DNA of 64,000 bases, from positions 62,001 through 126,000 of the forward strand of contig CBFFRP010000071.1 in the NCBI GenBank assembly GCA_965644295.1, given 5' to 3'. Positions 43,493-55,494 of this stretch are shown here, piece by piece. The notes beneath the pieces are model-generated. The model worked only from the letters and a program-made list of their open reading frames with translations, did no database searches and was not told the origin of the DNA. This stretch comes from Paraphysomonas bandaiensis (taxonomy: Eukaryota; Protista; Chrysophyceae). Every line of letters begins with the position of its first letter. The stretch's first letter is position 1. Both the position numbers and the translations under genes were made by a program.

Positions 43493-45676
43493 CTAGTGCT
43501 GTTTGTGTCGACTACTCCACATTCCTTCTGCAAGCTCTTTTTGTCGCTGTTGATACCATCTAGAATGTTGTACACTTTGGTCGGAACTATCATTGTGCCG
43601 CCCTGAGCAGTTGCCGTGGTACTCTCCGAGGTCCGCAATCGTTTCTGTGACCTCCCACTCAGCACTACATGCCCGATTATACTGCTCTTCTTCATCTTCC
43701 TCGTCTTCTTCATCGCATACTGTGATAGCCCCGCCTGCATCAGTATCATTTATGCACAGAGAGGACATGTCTTCAGTTGGGTCGGGAGGTGAAGAGGGTG
43801 ACAGTCCTTCCGGACTGCGGCTCCCAGCCCTGTCTCTATCAGATATTGACACCGGAGGTGATGGTCTCCGACAACCCCCTGCATTTGGTCCAGGCCCACT
43901 GCATTGAGGTGGGTTGTTACCATTACTCACATTCCATGCTTGTCTCACAGAGGGTGCAGAAGAAGGTTGTGTATGTTGTTGTGGCTGTGGGCTTCGTCTT
44001 TCCTCGCTCGTAGGACCAGGACGAACCCAACGGTTCCTGAGGGCCTCAGATGCAGAGGGACGGAGAAGAGGGTCCGGGTGCAATAGCTGAACCATAAGAG
44101 ACCTAGCACTTGGCGATATATGTCCTGGAAAAAGCCATGAAGGATACATGGGTTCTTTCCCCGCCTGTACGGCTGCGGCGTATTCGTTCAAGACCCAGCG
44201 CTTAAAACGTCTGTCACAAATTATTAGTCGATACACAACGCAATTCATGGTATACACACTTGTAACGCTGACAGGCAGAGAGCTCCCGTCCAAAAGGTAA
44301 ATTTCCAGTGAGAGTTCCATATAGTATGACTCCAGAACTCCACATATCAACCTTGCGGCCGTCGTAACCCGCGGAGTCTACAGCAAACAGATCATGTCAT
44401 GAACCGATATAACAAGTATATAAAAACACGCACCTCCTGTGATCTCAGGGGCAACATAATGTGGTGAGCCGACTACCGACCGCAATCTCTTTACTGGTGA
44501 CCCCTCTGACACAGACACATCCTTCAGAGCCCCTGCTCTATTTCCACTCTCACTCTCTTGAGACTTCTCCCCAGACATCTGATCAGCAGACTCTTCTGCT
44601 GCAAACATTACTGCAGAGAGCCCAAAGTCTGCCATCTTCAGCAAGGCATTATCAGATGCATCACTCAATCTATTCACAGCGTCAGACCACTTAAATCCAT
44701 AATGTAGCATCACTTACAATAAATTCTCTGGTTTGAGATCCCGATGACACACACCTGATGCATGTTACATGCTAAGGTCAGCAAAACTATTAGAACAGCA
44801 AGAATCCCCAATTACCTCTTTCGTGGCAGTACTGTATCCCAGAAAGAAGCTGTCTGAAATACCTCCTAGCGGATGTTTCTGAATTACCATGTCCGCTCTT
44901 GATGCGGTCGAACATTTCGCCGCCTGTTACTAACTCAAGCACAAGGAACAGAGTTGTTTTTGAATCCTGTACAAGCTCCAATACTTCATACAGTTTAATA
45001 ATATTCTGATGTTCGCCAATCTGCATCATACTTCCCATTTCACGACATATATTTTGTCTGCTTCTCAACCATTTTAAAAATTTAGGCGCCACGATGGGCA
45101 GCTGTCGCATGCATCCATCAAGGCTATAGTGGCTGGTGCTATGGTTGTGTTTTTCTTCCTCCTCTACACTAAATTCGTTGTCTCCAAATGGAGACCAGCC
45201 CCACACTTCTACACACTTGGGTAGCGGAAGTTCGCGTAGCTGACCTCTCTGAGGATCCTATTTTCGGGAGGTATAAAATAAAATAATAATAGATTTAATA
45301 AAATCATACGTACCTCATACGCAGCTAATATTTGTCTAGAATTAGAGTGATATAACCACCATATATTATCTTGTAGCATGATACTTTTCCCTTGATACTG
45401 TTCGAGAGATAGTGGCATCCCCTTCCTCAATACAGTGCATTTCGATATCTGATTACTCGGAAGGAGTTTAAAGCCAACTGGATTTAATATTTTAATAGCT
45501 ACTGATCGCTCAACAGGAAGACAGCTTAAATCAACAGCTTGATAGACTGATCCTGATGCCCCACCTCCCAAATAATTTCCCAGTTCATAGACTTCATTAC
45601 CGTTAATGTATATGGACTGACCGTCATACTTCTCTACTTGTCTACGAACTAAATGAGGGATAGATGATGATGTCAT
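43493..45676 (-). CDS. Ser/Thr protein kinase, CAMK/SnRK-like, with inserts
   Basis: LGGGASGSV, VAIKIL, ELVTGGEMF, HRDLKPENLL, DFGLS and GSPHYVAPE across several introns; low-complexity C-terminal tail. Confidence 0.9.
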
Positions 45677-46264
45677 TAATTTAATAATAATTCAAGTGGT
45701 TGCTATATGTATGATATGAAGGTGTTGGTAATATATATATATATATATGTGTATGTGTGTGTATGTATGTATATGTGTGTATTAATGAGAAGATGGCAGA
45801 ACTTTCCATTCCGTTTAGTTCCCTTTTATTTAATGTCTGACATAGATGTATGTATGTATTATTATATATGGAGATGTACGTAGAGTATTGTGTTGTAGAT
45901 ATACTGTATGTATGTATTCCCCCCATCATCATATGTGTGCAAATATAGTGCGGTGGTTCCTGCTCGTACATGTTGAGGATACACAGCAGAGGGTCGAGGG
46001 GTTGAATATTTCAGTCAGATGGGATCGTGTGTGAAGAAAAACAAAAACGTACCTCGTGTGGTTGAAATTCTTCGAAGCTGTTGGGTGATGACGTTCTAAT
46101 ATTCCGAGGAATACACAAGAATACAGTACCGTATTGTATAATGTCATGCAACGGATAGAGTCTCATATACATACATGTCTATATATGCGTATAGATCTCA
46201 TATCTTCATATATATATGTATAGATACATAGACACTCCTTCTCCTCTAGACAGTGAATCACAAC

Positions 46265-47335
46265 ATGGGGGGAGGTGTATCCACCCTACCCGATCAAGTA
46301 ACCGAAGATGATCTTCAGCAGCTGTGCAGTGAGCGAGCAGATAACACCCTCATATACAACACTGTATTCAACAGTAACGTCTTGTATACGTCACTAAAGG
46401 GGCCTGATAACACCATTAACAAACAGCAACTGCTCACTATAATATTAAACAGTTCAGAACAAGAAGTCATGAGGTTCTTTTTATCACAATCTAATGGCGA
46501 AATGGACTCGAATGCATTCATAGAGTTTTGTCGTATGAGTAAAGTGCTTTCAAAGGGTTCATTTAATAAGACACAGGCACTCAAACTATACACTGATAAA
46601 ACTAATGGAGAGCTATTAAACTATCGTATATTCCGCTTTGATATTCTTCCTGCGATTGCTTCAAGTCGAGGGAAAGATATTAAAGATATTATATTAAGAT
46701 TATCACGCTTAGAGCCTCCTTTAGATAACCAGCCGATGAGTCCGAGTCGGTCTATAGTGAGAGTATCAACAGGATGCTCACGACTTCATAGTGCTGTGCT
46801 ACGGATACAAGCAGTTGGAAGGATTAAATTAGCTCGTACTTATTTTGAGCGGCAACGTATATTAAATAAGGTAGAGTCAACCCCTCCTGTAGCTGCAGAA
46901 ATGCGTTCTTCTGCTCAAACAGAAGCGGAAAGTGAAGTTCATTGCAAAGATATGTTTGAAGAGTACAGTATCAATGGTGAAATGAATATACATGATTTTG
47001 TGCGGCTTTGTTATGACACATCACTGATTCCATTCGATGGGGACAAAATCGACTTCACTGCTCGGGAAGCACGATTTCTATTTCAGAAAGTCGTAGCGAT
47101 GTATTTTGATCCAAAAGAAAATTTTTATCGTGATGGTGTTTTACATGGAAAGCGAATATTATTTCCAGTCTTTCGAAATTCTCTGATACCTGAGATTGCT
47201 GATACAAAAAGTGTATCGGAAACAGTTGTAGTAGGTGTGATTGCAGAAGGGCCTGTAACGAAGCGAATGTATAATGCACAGGAAGGGCCACGTATACTGT
47301 CTTTATTGAACCCTGAAACAGTTGAAACTGCATGA
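46265..47335 (+). CDS. Predicted N-myristoylated protein with EF-hand/p25-alpha-like helical repeats and an IQ-like motif
   Basis: MGGGVS start, two similar modules (NGEMDSNAFIEFC and NGEMNIHDFVRLC), IQAVGR; intronless. Confidence 0.6.
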   Translation: MGGGVSTLPDQVTEDDLQQLCSERADNTLIYNTVFNSNVLYTSLKGPDNTINKQQLLTIILNSSEQEVMRFFLSQSNGEMDSNAFIEFCRMSKVLSKGSFNKTQALKLYTDKTNGELLNYRIFRFDILPAIASSRGKDIKDIILRLSRLEPPLDNQPMSPSRSIVRVSTGCSRLHSAVLRIQAVGRIKLARTYFERQRILNKVESTPPVAAEMRSSAQTEAESEVHCKDMFEEYSINGEMNIHDFVRLCYDTSLIPFDGDKIDFTAREARFLFQKVVAMYFDPKENFYRDGVLHGKRILFPVFRNSLIPEIADTKSVSETVVVGVIAEGPVTKRMYNAQEGPRILSLLNPETVETA

Positions 47336-48075
47336 ACACTTCTTCTCGCAATTTGTAACAATGGTTTTCTTTATTTCGGTGTGCGTTGTGTTTATATTAT
47401 ATCTTTCTTGAATTGTACCTTTGATTTTTTGTGACAAGCAGTATGATTTATGGACAGCACACTTTTAGGCTTCTTCGGGGTTCTCATGTAGCCGTTGTTG
47501 TGTATTTGGAAGCACATTTCTTTAGAATAAATTTTGTCACCTAACCGAACAAGTGAATTTACACTTATAAAAGTTATAAAATCGTCAACCAGGCAACTTT
47601 CTGGCAAACTCTTCAATTGAATTCTTTGTCATGAATGAACTTGTAAAAATCTTTTAACTTCATTGCTAAAAATGGACAAAATTTAGTTTACTTTTAAATA
47701 TCCCCTTGAAGTTGATTAACTTAGTGGACGCAATGGGATATATTATTCACAATTCATTGGGCCAGTCACCAATTTGGCTATGTTGAATAATATTTCCCGA
47801 AAAAAAGGAAATTGAAAAAAAGAATACGTCGTCGTTGTGTGTGTGTCTAGTTATTAGTGGACTTGTATGAGGATGACAGCATCAATTTAAACAGTTTGAA
47901 GTTTACTATTTGGTGAGTAGCTTGTCCGAGACAGTACGAATTCTAATATTGAACATGAATAGCGTTCTTGGTTGCAGGTAGTTATCATAATTGTTCGATG
48001 TTATAATTGTAGATGAGTTATGTGAGTATGAAGAGTAGTTTATGTTTAATCAAGTATATTTTTTAACACACACTA

Positions 48076-48188
48076 GCATGAGCAATATATTGATATATTG
48101 CGAGGCCAAATTTTGCTAAAATGATAATTAATATATTGTAGAAAACAAAAACAAAAATTGCAATATTTCAATATATTGCAATCCATGC
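48076..48188. mobile_element. Small AT-rich MITE-like inverted repeat
   Basis: gcatgagcaatatattgatatattgc...gcaatatttcaatatattgcaatccatgc. Confidence 0.55.
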
Positions 48189-48454
48189 CCCATTCCGAGA
48201 GCGTACCCTAGTAAAGTGCTAGTGTTAATTAAGTTAAGTAACGTATATAGATTGTTAATAAAATCTCAGCGTATTTTTTGTGTGTCGGCACCAAGAAAGC
48301 TCTAGCTAGATTTACATTTTACTTGCATAACGTATATGAGATTACGAGTAACCCCGCGTATTCTGGGGAGGGGCGGCCAATGTCACACTAGTCATGCATG
48401 GTCACCAGAAGCTCCGCGTCATCTTTGTGAGGTAATAATGGGAAGGTACACATG
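48189..48454 (+). mobile_element. Truncated copy of the CCCATTCCGAGAGCGT element
   Basis: Colinear with 56102-56310 apart from an internal indel. Confidence 0.75.
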
Positions 48455-49174
48455 CAATTTAATTCCTCACAACATTTGATTGGGTCGGATCCTCAAAACT
48501 TGACAAATGAATTCGAGACAGAAGAAGTGGACATTATTCATAGACACTTATATCATAGATTACAGTTGAATAATATATACTGTAAAAACAATCAGAGTGT
48601 TGTCAATACGCAACATACATGCATATGTCGTCAGGTTGTGTTCATATTGCAGGTAATGCATACATGTGAGTTGAGTGATACATCATGCTATCTATAACTA
48701 TTAATTCTCAATGAAATACAATAATATGACGATAGATTAGTGCTCAGCACCTCTGAATTAGTCTACCAGCATCATCCCTCCATTAGCATCACTGTGAGCA
48801 GACATACTCAGACAAACCATGATCATAAGGGCATCATGATGGACGACAGCGACAGGTGGTTGAAAAGATTAAGACACTCACAACACTGAACTGATGAGAG
48901 ATCAAAGTCACGAGAATGATAATGAAACAAAGCTGAGAGTGTGTTTGATTTGATCCTCTGTGAGTGTGTGTTATGGGCAGAATGAAAAATAGTGTGTCTC
49001 TTCAAGATACGATGTGTGGGTTGTTTGTGTGTAGGTATCTTTTTTTGTTTCTCATAGTAGAGAATGAAGAATGAAGTGATAACAAGTGAGCCATGTATGT
49101 GTATTTGACACTATTATCATAGTCACTCTTCACTTCTGTTCACTTCTGATCACTTCTATATACTTATATATAAG

Positions 49175-52100
49175 ATGCCTCGTCTTGTTACAGCTGCTGA
49201 TATAGGTGACTTCAATGGTGTGAGGAGGTGTGTGGAGAGGGGTGATGATATCAATACACGAGATAAGGTAACCATACACACATACCTGCATACATACACA
49301 TACATACACATACAGTGATATGAGGGCTCATATGATATTATTGTGTTGTAGAGTGGTGATACAGCTCTTCACTATGCTGTCATTAGAGGTCGCAGAGATA
49401 TATCTGCATATCTCATAAAAGAGGGAGCAGAGATAAATATACAAGACAATGTAAGCAACCCCTCTATACATACATACACATACAGTGTTATATATACATA
49501 CAGTGATATGAGGGCTCATATGATAGTATTTTTATTGTTAATAGGAGGGTCGTACAGCTCTTCACAGGGCTGTCTCTAATGGTGACAGAGATGTATCTGC
49601 ATATCTTATAAGAGAGGGAGCAGATATAAATATACAAGACAAAGTAAGTAACCCCTCTATACATACACATACAGTGTTATATACACATACAGTGATATGA
49701 GGGCTCATATGATATTATTGTTTTATAGAGTGGTGATAGAGCTCTTCACTATGCTGCCTCTAAAGGTCACAGAGATATTTCTGCATATCTCATAAAAGGG
49801 AAAGCAAATATTAACATACAAAACAAAGTAAGTAACCCCTCTATACATACATACATACATACATACATACATACATACATACAGTGATATGAGGGCTCAT
49901 ATGATAGTATTTTTATTGTTAATAGGAGGGTCGTACAGCTCTTCACAGGGCTGTCTCTAATGGTGACAGAGATATATCTGCATATCTTATAAGAGAGGGA
50001 GCAGATATAAATATACAAGACAATGTAAGTAACCCCTCTATTATACACACACATGCATACATACATACGTACACTGTTATGAGGGCTCATATGATGTTAT
50101 TGTTATTGTTTATAGAGAGGTTGGACAGCTCTTCACTGGGCTGCTCGTTATGGTTACAGAGATATATCTGAATATCTCAGTAGAAGAGGAGCAGATACAA
50201 CTGTACGAACTATTGTAAGTAACCCTTCTAAACATGAATGCATACAGTGTTATGAGGGCTCATATGGTATAATTGTTATTGTTTTATAGAGGGGTTGGAC
50301 AGCTCTTCATTATGCTGCCTTCAAAGGTCACATAGATATATGTCTATATCTTATAAGAGCAGGAGCAAGTATTGACATAAAAGACAATGTAAGTAACCCC
50401 TCTATACATACATACATACATACATACATACATACATACAGTGATATGAGGGCTCATATGATAGTATTTTTATTGTTTATAGGAGGGTCGTACAGCTCTT
50501 CACAGGGCTGTCTCTAATGGTGACATAGATATATCTGAATATCTTATAAAGGAGGGAGCAGATATAAATATACGAGACAATGTAAGTAACCCCTCTATTA
50601 TGCACACAAATACATGCATACATACATACATACGTACACTGTTATGAGGGCTCATATGATGTTATTGTTATTGTTTATAGGAGGGTTGGGCAGCTCTTCA
50701 CTGGGCTGCCTACAGAGGTCACATAGATATATCTGAATATCTTATAAGCGAGGGAGCAGATATAAATATACGAGACAATGTAAGTAACCCTTCTAAACAT
50801 GAATGCATACAGTGTTATGAGGGCTCATATGGTACTATTGATTTATAGGAGGATCGTACAGCTTTTCACTATGCTGCTCGTTATGGTCACATAGATATAT
50901 CTGAATATCTTATAAGCGAGGGAGCAGATATAAATATACGAGACAAAGTAAGTAACCCCTCTATACATACATACATACATACATACATACATACATACAT
51001 ACATACATACATACATACATACATACATACATACATACATACATACATACATACATACATACATACATACATACATACATACATACATACATACATACAT
51101 ACATACATACATACATACATACATACATACATACATACATACATACATACATACATACATACATACATACATACATACATACATACATACATACATACAT
51201 ACATACATACATACATACATACATACTCCCATACATACATACATACATACATACATACATACATACATACATACATACATACATACATACATACATACAT
51301 ACATACATACATACATACATACATACATACATACATACATACATACATACATACATACATACATACATACATACATACATACATGTACATACATACATAC
51401 ATACATACATACATACATACATACATACATACATACATACATACATACATACATACATACATACATACATACATACATACATACATACATACATACATAC
51501 ATACATACATACATACATACGTACACTGTTATAAGATCTCATATATAAGTATGCATATTATATGTACTTCTCTGACTCATTATGTTAAAGACGATATGAA
51601 TATGCGGCGATGTACTGCGTAACTTCTTTTATTTTATGATACTTATTATTTTGCAGGATGGAAAGACTCCTGTTGATGTGGCAGAAGATGATGCGATGCG
51701 TGATATTATCACAAATGCACATGTTAGTATGTATACCGTATGTTTCATCTTATTCGTAGAACCAGAAGTATAGGAGTCATATGTGTATTGTATAGGCTGA
51801 GAGGCAGAGACAGCAAAAGGAGGAAGCTGCCACTGCAGAGGTATGTGTGTGATGGTGATGTAGTTATATGGTATGATATGTTTGATAGTATTGGTATTAT
51901 GGTTGGTGGATATGAGTATGTAATATGTTACGCTTTAATTTCAGTTTGTGTGTGTTTATGACTTTTATGACACTGCCTGTTTATTTGTGTCCGTATGCAG
52001 AAAAGAAAAATATTTGGAAATTTACTTCCAGATACCTGGGGATTGATATTATATGATGAAAGCGATATCCCAAACCCTTCATTAGTGGAGCTGGAGTGTA

Positions 52101-52657
52101 ATAGCTGGGAGTTTGTCATGGCTTCCACAATCTTCGGAAGTAATGACTTTGACTCCAAGGCAGACATTGTGCGTATTGAGCGTGTTCAAAACGTAGAACT
52201 CTATAGACATTACGATTCCAAGCGCAAAGAAGTCGCTAGTAAGAATGGGGGCAAAGCGAATGAGACCCTTCTAAAGCATGGAACACGCTATACTTCTCCT
52301 GAGGTGATCTGGAATAGTGGGCGAAATAACGTATATGGTTTTGATTTCCGCTATTGCAACGATTATACCCTCTATGGCAAAGGGTCATACTTTACAGACG
52401 ATACCAATTATGCACATGACTTTTCGTATGATTGCCGGAACTCATATAGTGAAAGACAGATATTTTTGGCGTTGGTTGCTCAAGGTAGTATTGAACAGAG
52501 AAAGATCTCAGATAGTAGAATAAAAGCTCCAAAAGAAGGATGCCAGTCTGTTCGTGGGCCTATTCGGGGTTCTATTCAAGGACTAATTGTTTATGAGCAT
52601 CATCAAAGCTACCCTGCATACCTTGTAACTTACAGAATGCGCAACAGACTAGATTAA
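49175..52657 (+). CDS. Ankyrin-repeat PARP-family ADP-ribosyltransferase; 13 exons, one ankyrin repeat per 99-nt exon
   Basis: Exons 49175-49267, 49352-49450, 49545-49643, 49729-49827, 49926-50024, 50116-50214, 50290-50388, 50483-50581, 50681-50779, 50849-50947, 51657-51722, 51796-51840 and 52001-52657, all with phase-0 GT-AG introns. TALHxA ankyrin motif; PARP motifs LKHGT, YGKGSYF and IVYEHHQSYPAYLVTY. Confidence 0.93.
50964..51520. repeat. (TACA)n expansion inside intron 10 of the ankyrin-PARP gene
   Basis: About 550-bp array at the position where the sibling introns have only a few TACA units. Confidence 0.97.
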
Positions 52658-52948
52658 CGATATAACACCGAAATTTTACCTTTTCTCTTTTCACAAGATG
52701 TAATAAACAATGTTGCCAGGCATTAAAGGTTTATATGCTTCTCTAGTATTTATATGTATGGGTATTGTTGGAATATATTGCATTCGATTAAATTATAGCA
52801 GTAACAATATTAAAATTTAAATTTGATTGCTCGCAGAAAGGTTGCAATTAATTGGCAATTATTTACTATTCAGAGTAAGAACATATTAGAATGAGAACTT
52901 GGAAAACTTTAAGGACGATGGCCATTTTTCGCCCTCAATGGCCACCAC

Positions 52949-54450
52949 CTATACGGACTTTTTCATTGCTACGTCATTGCTATCTGTTACCAAAGCCTCC
53001 CTCCTAGTATTGTCGTCTCTCGATTCTGAAATGTAATGTTTCTTTGTACGGTCGATTACGTTTCTTTCCTCTTGATCTTGAGCCACAAGACTAAGTTCAG
53101 CTCGATCCATAACGTATATGTAATTGCTCATCACCCTTCTAGTTTTAAGATGTCTATAAGCAGTTTGGCGAATCTGCTCTACAGGATACCCACCCGTTAC
53201 TGGATACTGCAGGGGGGTTGAAGTACTACAAACCGGACTTGCAGTGGTATATACATGGATTTTTACTGTTTTTGCAACCAAATCAGCGATATTTAGAGTT
53301 ACGAAAGCATCGCCATCGGCTTCCGAAAACATATAGCAGTCCTGAGTTCTGCCTACTCCTTGACCGGCACTCAAGCAAACTTGAGTTCTACTGGATCCAT
53401 CAAGTATGGATACTGAAGTTGATTCGGCAAACTTCCGATTGTTATGAGTTCCTATATCTTCACTTGCGCAACCAAGATCCAATGATTTATCGATTCCATT
53501 TCTTACTGCATCGACGAGAAGACTGTAATATCTCTTACTCTGATCGTTTCCAGCAAATAAATATTTAGCATCTTCGACACTGATACAGATCTAATAGAGG
53601 ACAAATTTCTGGAGCAAAAGGGTTTGCATAAATACGCTTTATATCACTTGTCACAGTCCCTGCTTGATCAGTTTTGGTGGTTCCAAATTTTATAGTCATA
53701 GCGTCATTAGACCAGTCCATATTCGTAGTTATGACATCATCAACATTATCCGATCTACCGATAGTTGAAACGGATTTTGTAGTAAAAAAGAAGCAAATAT
53801 TCCCTCGTGCCATGATTGGCCTTTTTTGGTGAGCTTCATTTTCTTGAAATAACGACAAATAGCTTTATAGCCATGTATATTGAATGCACTTTTCCCTTCT
53901 CTTGACTTCATTATGCCATTGCGCTTTTTACTTCCTACATACCTTTTATAGGTTGCAATATGGAAGCACACAAAGCCATATCCACATCCCCAGGCCATGG
54001 GTAGCCGACTTTTCCCATACTTGGACAGTCATATTGGTGCACCACCGAAGTGCACTCTTGTAATTTATCTTACGGTTACTTTATCTTTTCCCGGATTCAT
54101 ATCGTATTGACTGTCGACTTCAACATGATCACTGCTGGTTGCCTCAACTTCACCTTCCGTGATAATTTCGTCACGTCGTTTCCTTTTATTCCCTCGTTTG
54201 GGAAGGTCTTCATCAATTGAGATGGCCGCAAAGAGAAGCTTTGCCACAGCTACGTCAATAGGAAGCTTCATTACGTAAATGTCTTTATCTTCTCCAGTGT
54301 GCTTGATAGCTTCACCATCCTCATTAGTCACCAGTGCTTCTTTTCGTATATCCTCGTCTTTGTTTAGTATGTTGGTGAGTACTTTACATATCGAAGATAC
54401 TGTTTTTTCGTCTTTGTGACAACGTTTCTTTCAGCCTGCCCTTGAACAAC
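52949..54450 (-). pseudogene. Decayed Crypton(S)-like tyrosine recombinase
   Basis: Frameshifted fragments REGKSAFNIHGY, DAMTIKFGTTKTDQAG, IYANPFAPEICPLL, DIGTHNNRK (HSxRK box) and QVCLSAGQGVGRTQDCY (catalytic Tyr box). Confidence 0.75.
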
Positions 54451-54779
54451 AAGACTCAGTCTAGCTCGTTCCTTTATATAGCACAATTACAGTTAGTTGA
54501 TGTCCATTGAATGTCCAGTCAGTATACTATTGTATGAGGATATGAGTGTTCTATTCGACAGTTCCAGTAATATGATGGATTTTTATGCTTAAAAAGTGCA
54601 CTTTTATACTTAAAATAAGGGTTTTCTAGAGTTTAAGGCTCTGTAATTTATTTACACAACTCCAAAAAATTGAGGTTTTAGGTTTTAATTTTCATACTTC
54701 TTCGGGTTTTATATACTGGAATTATGCCATTATTAGAATATACAGTGCAATGGTGTGTACAGCTCTGCATTAACTAGAA

Positions 54780-55494
54780 ATGTCTGACAACTTCACACCA
54801 GAGTCCATTTCAAGGGTGCTTCTTACCCAACTCAAGGACTTTGATGATGGCTGTCAGAAATGGGAATGCAGATAATGTCAAAAATCAAATCAGTGACAGA
54901 GAAAAGCAGGATGATCCACTGGGCTGAGCATGCAGAGCAGCACAAAGACTGGAATGCCAAGAAATCAGAGCAGCTTTACATGAAGCTGATTCCATGGTTT
55001 GTTATGTTGAGAGAAAAGTTTCTATGATCTTTCAGAAAGATGGCGCCGAACAGGCCGATCTTAGTGATGTGCGTTATTTATTCAATTCCGTTGCATAGCC
55101 ACCAACTTCGTGCGGATGTGGACATCATTATGAATCAGGCCTCCGAAAATGCTGTTGTGAAAGTCCAAATAAGCGGATTGGAGGACACTATCACTCGACC
55201 TGAGAAGGCGCAGCTCAAATGTTTTCTGTTGGACAGAACTGATGAAGAAGAGGAAAAAGAAGATGATGGTGTGGACACACGGATGAGGAGGCATCAAGCG
55301 CACATAGAACAAAAGCGACTACGCACGACCAAACCAACTAAGTACCGTTGCTTGAAGCATGTTGACTCCACTACTAATTGTGCAAATCCATGACACCTCC
55401 TCCATCATTGGAGGCCCTTATGTTCTTGCGCTTTAATAGACATCTGTGGAATGCAAGTACAGTTGAAGATGCTATTCGTGCTTGTAATGAGTAA
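54780..55494 (+). pseudogene. Internally deleted hAT-like transposase relic
   Basis: BED-finger-like start KWECR*CQK...WAEH, and C-terminal dimerisation-like region KYRCLKHVDSTTN...LEALMFLRFNRHLWN. Confidence 0.65.

Noticed and set aside
49268-50960. Regularly spaced repeats with variable intervening sequence resembling a CRISPR array
   Set aside because: The units are GT-AG introns alternating with mutually homologous ankyrin exons; there are no cas genes and the context is eukaryotic.
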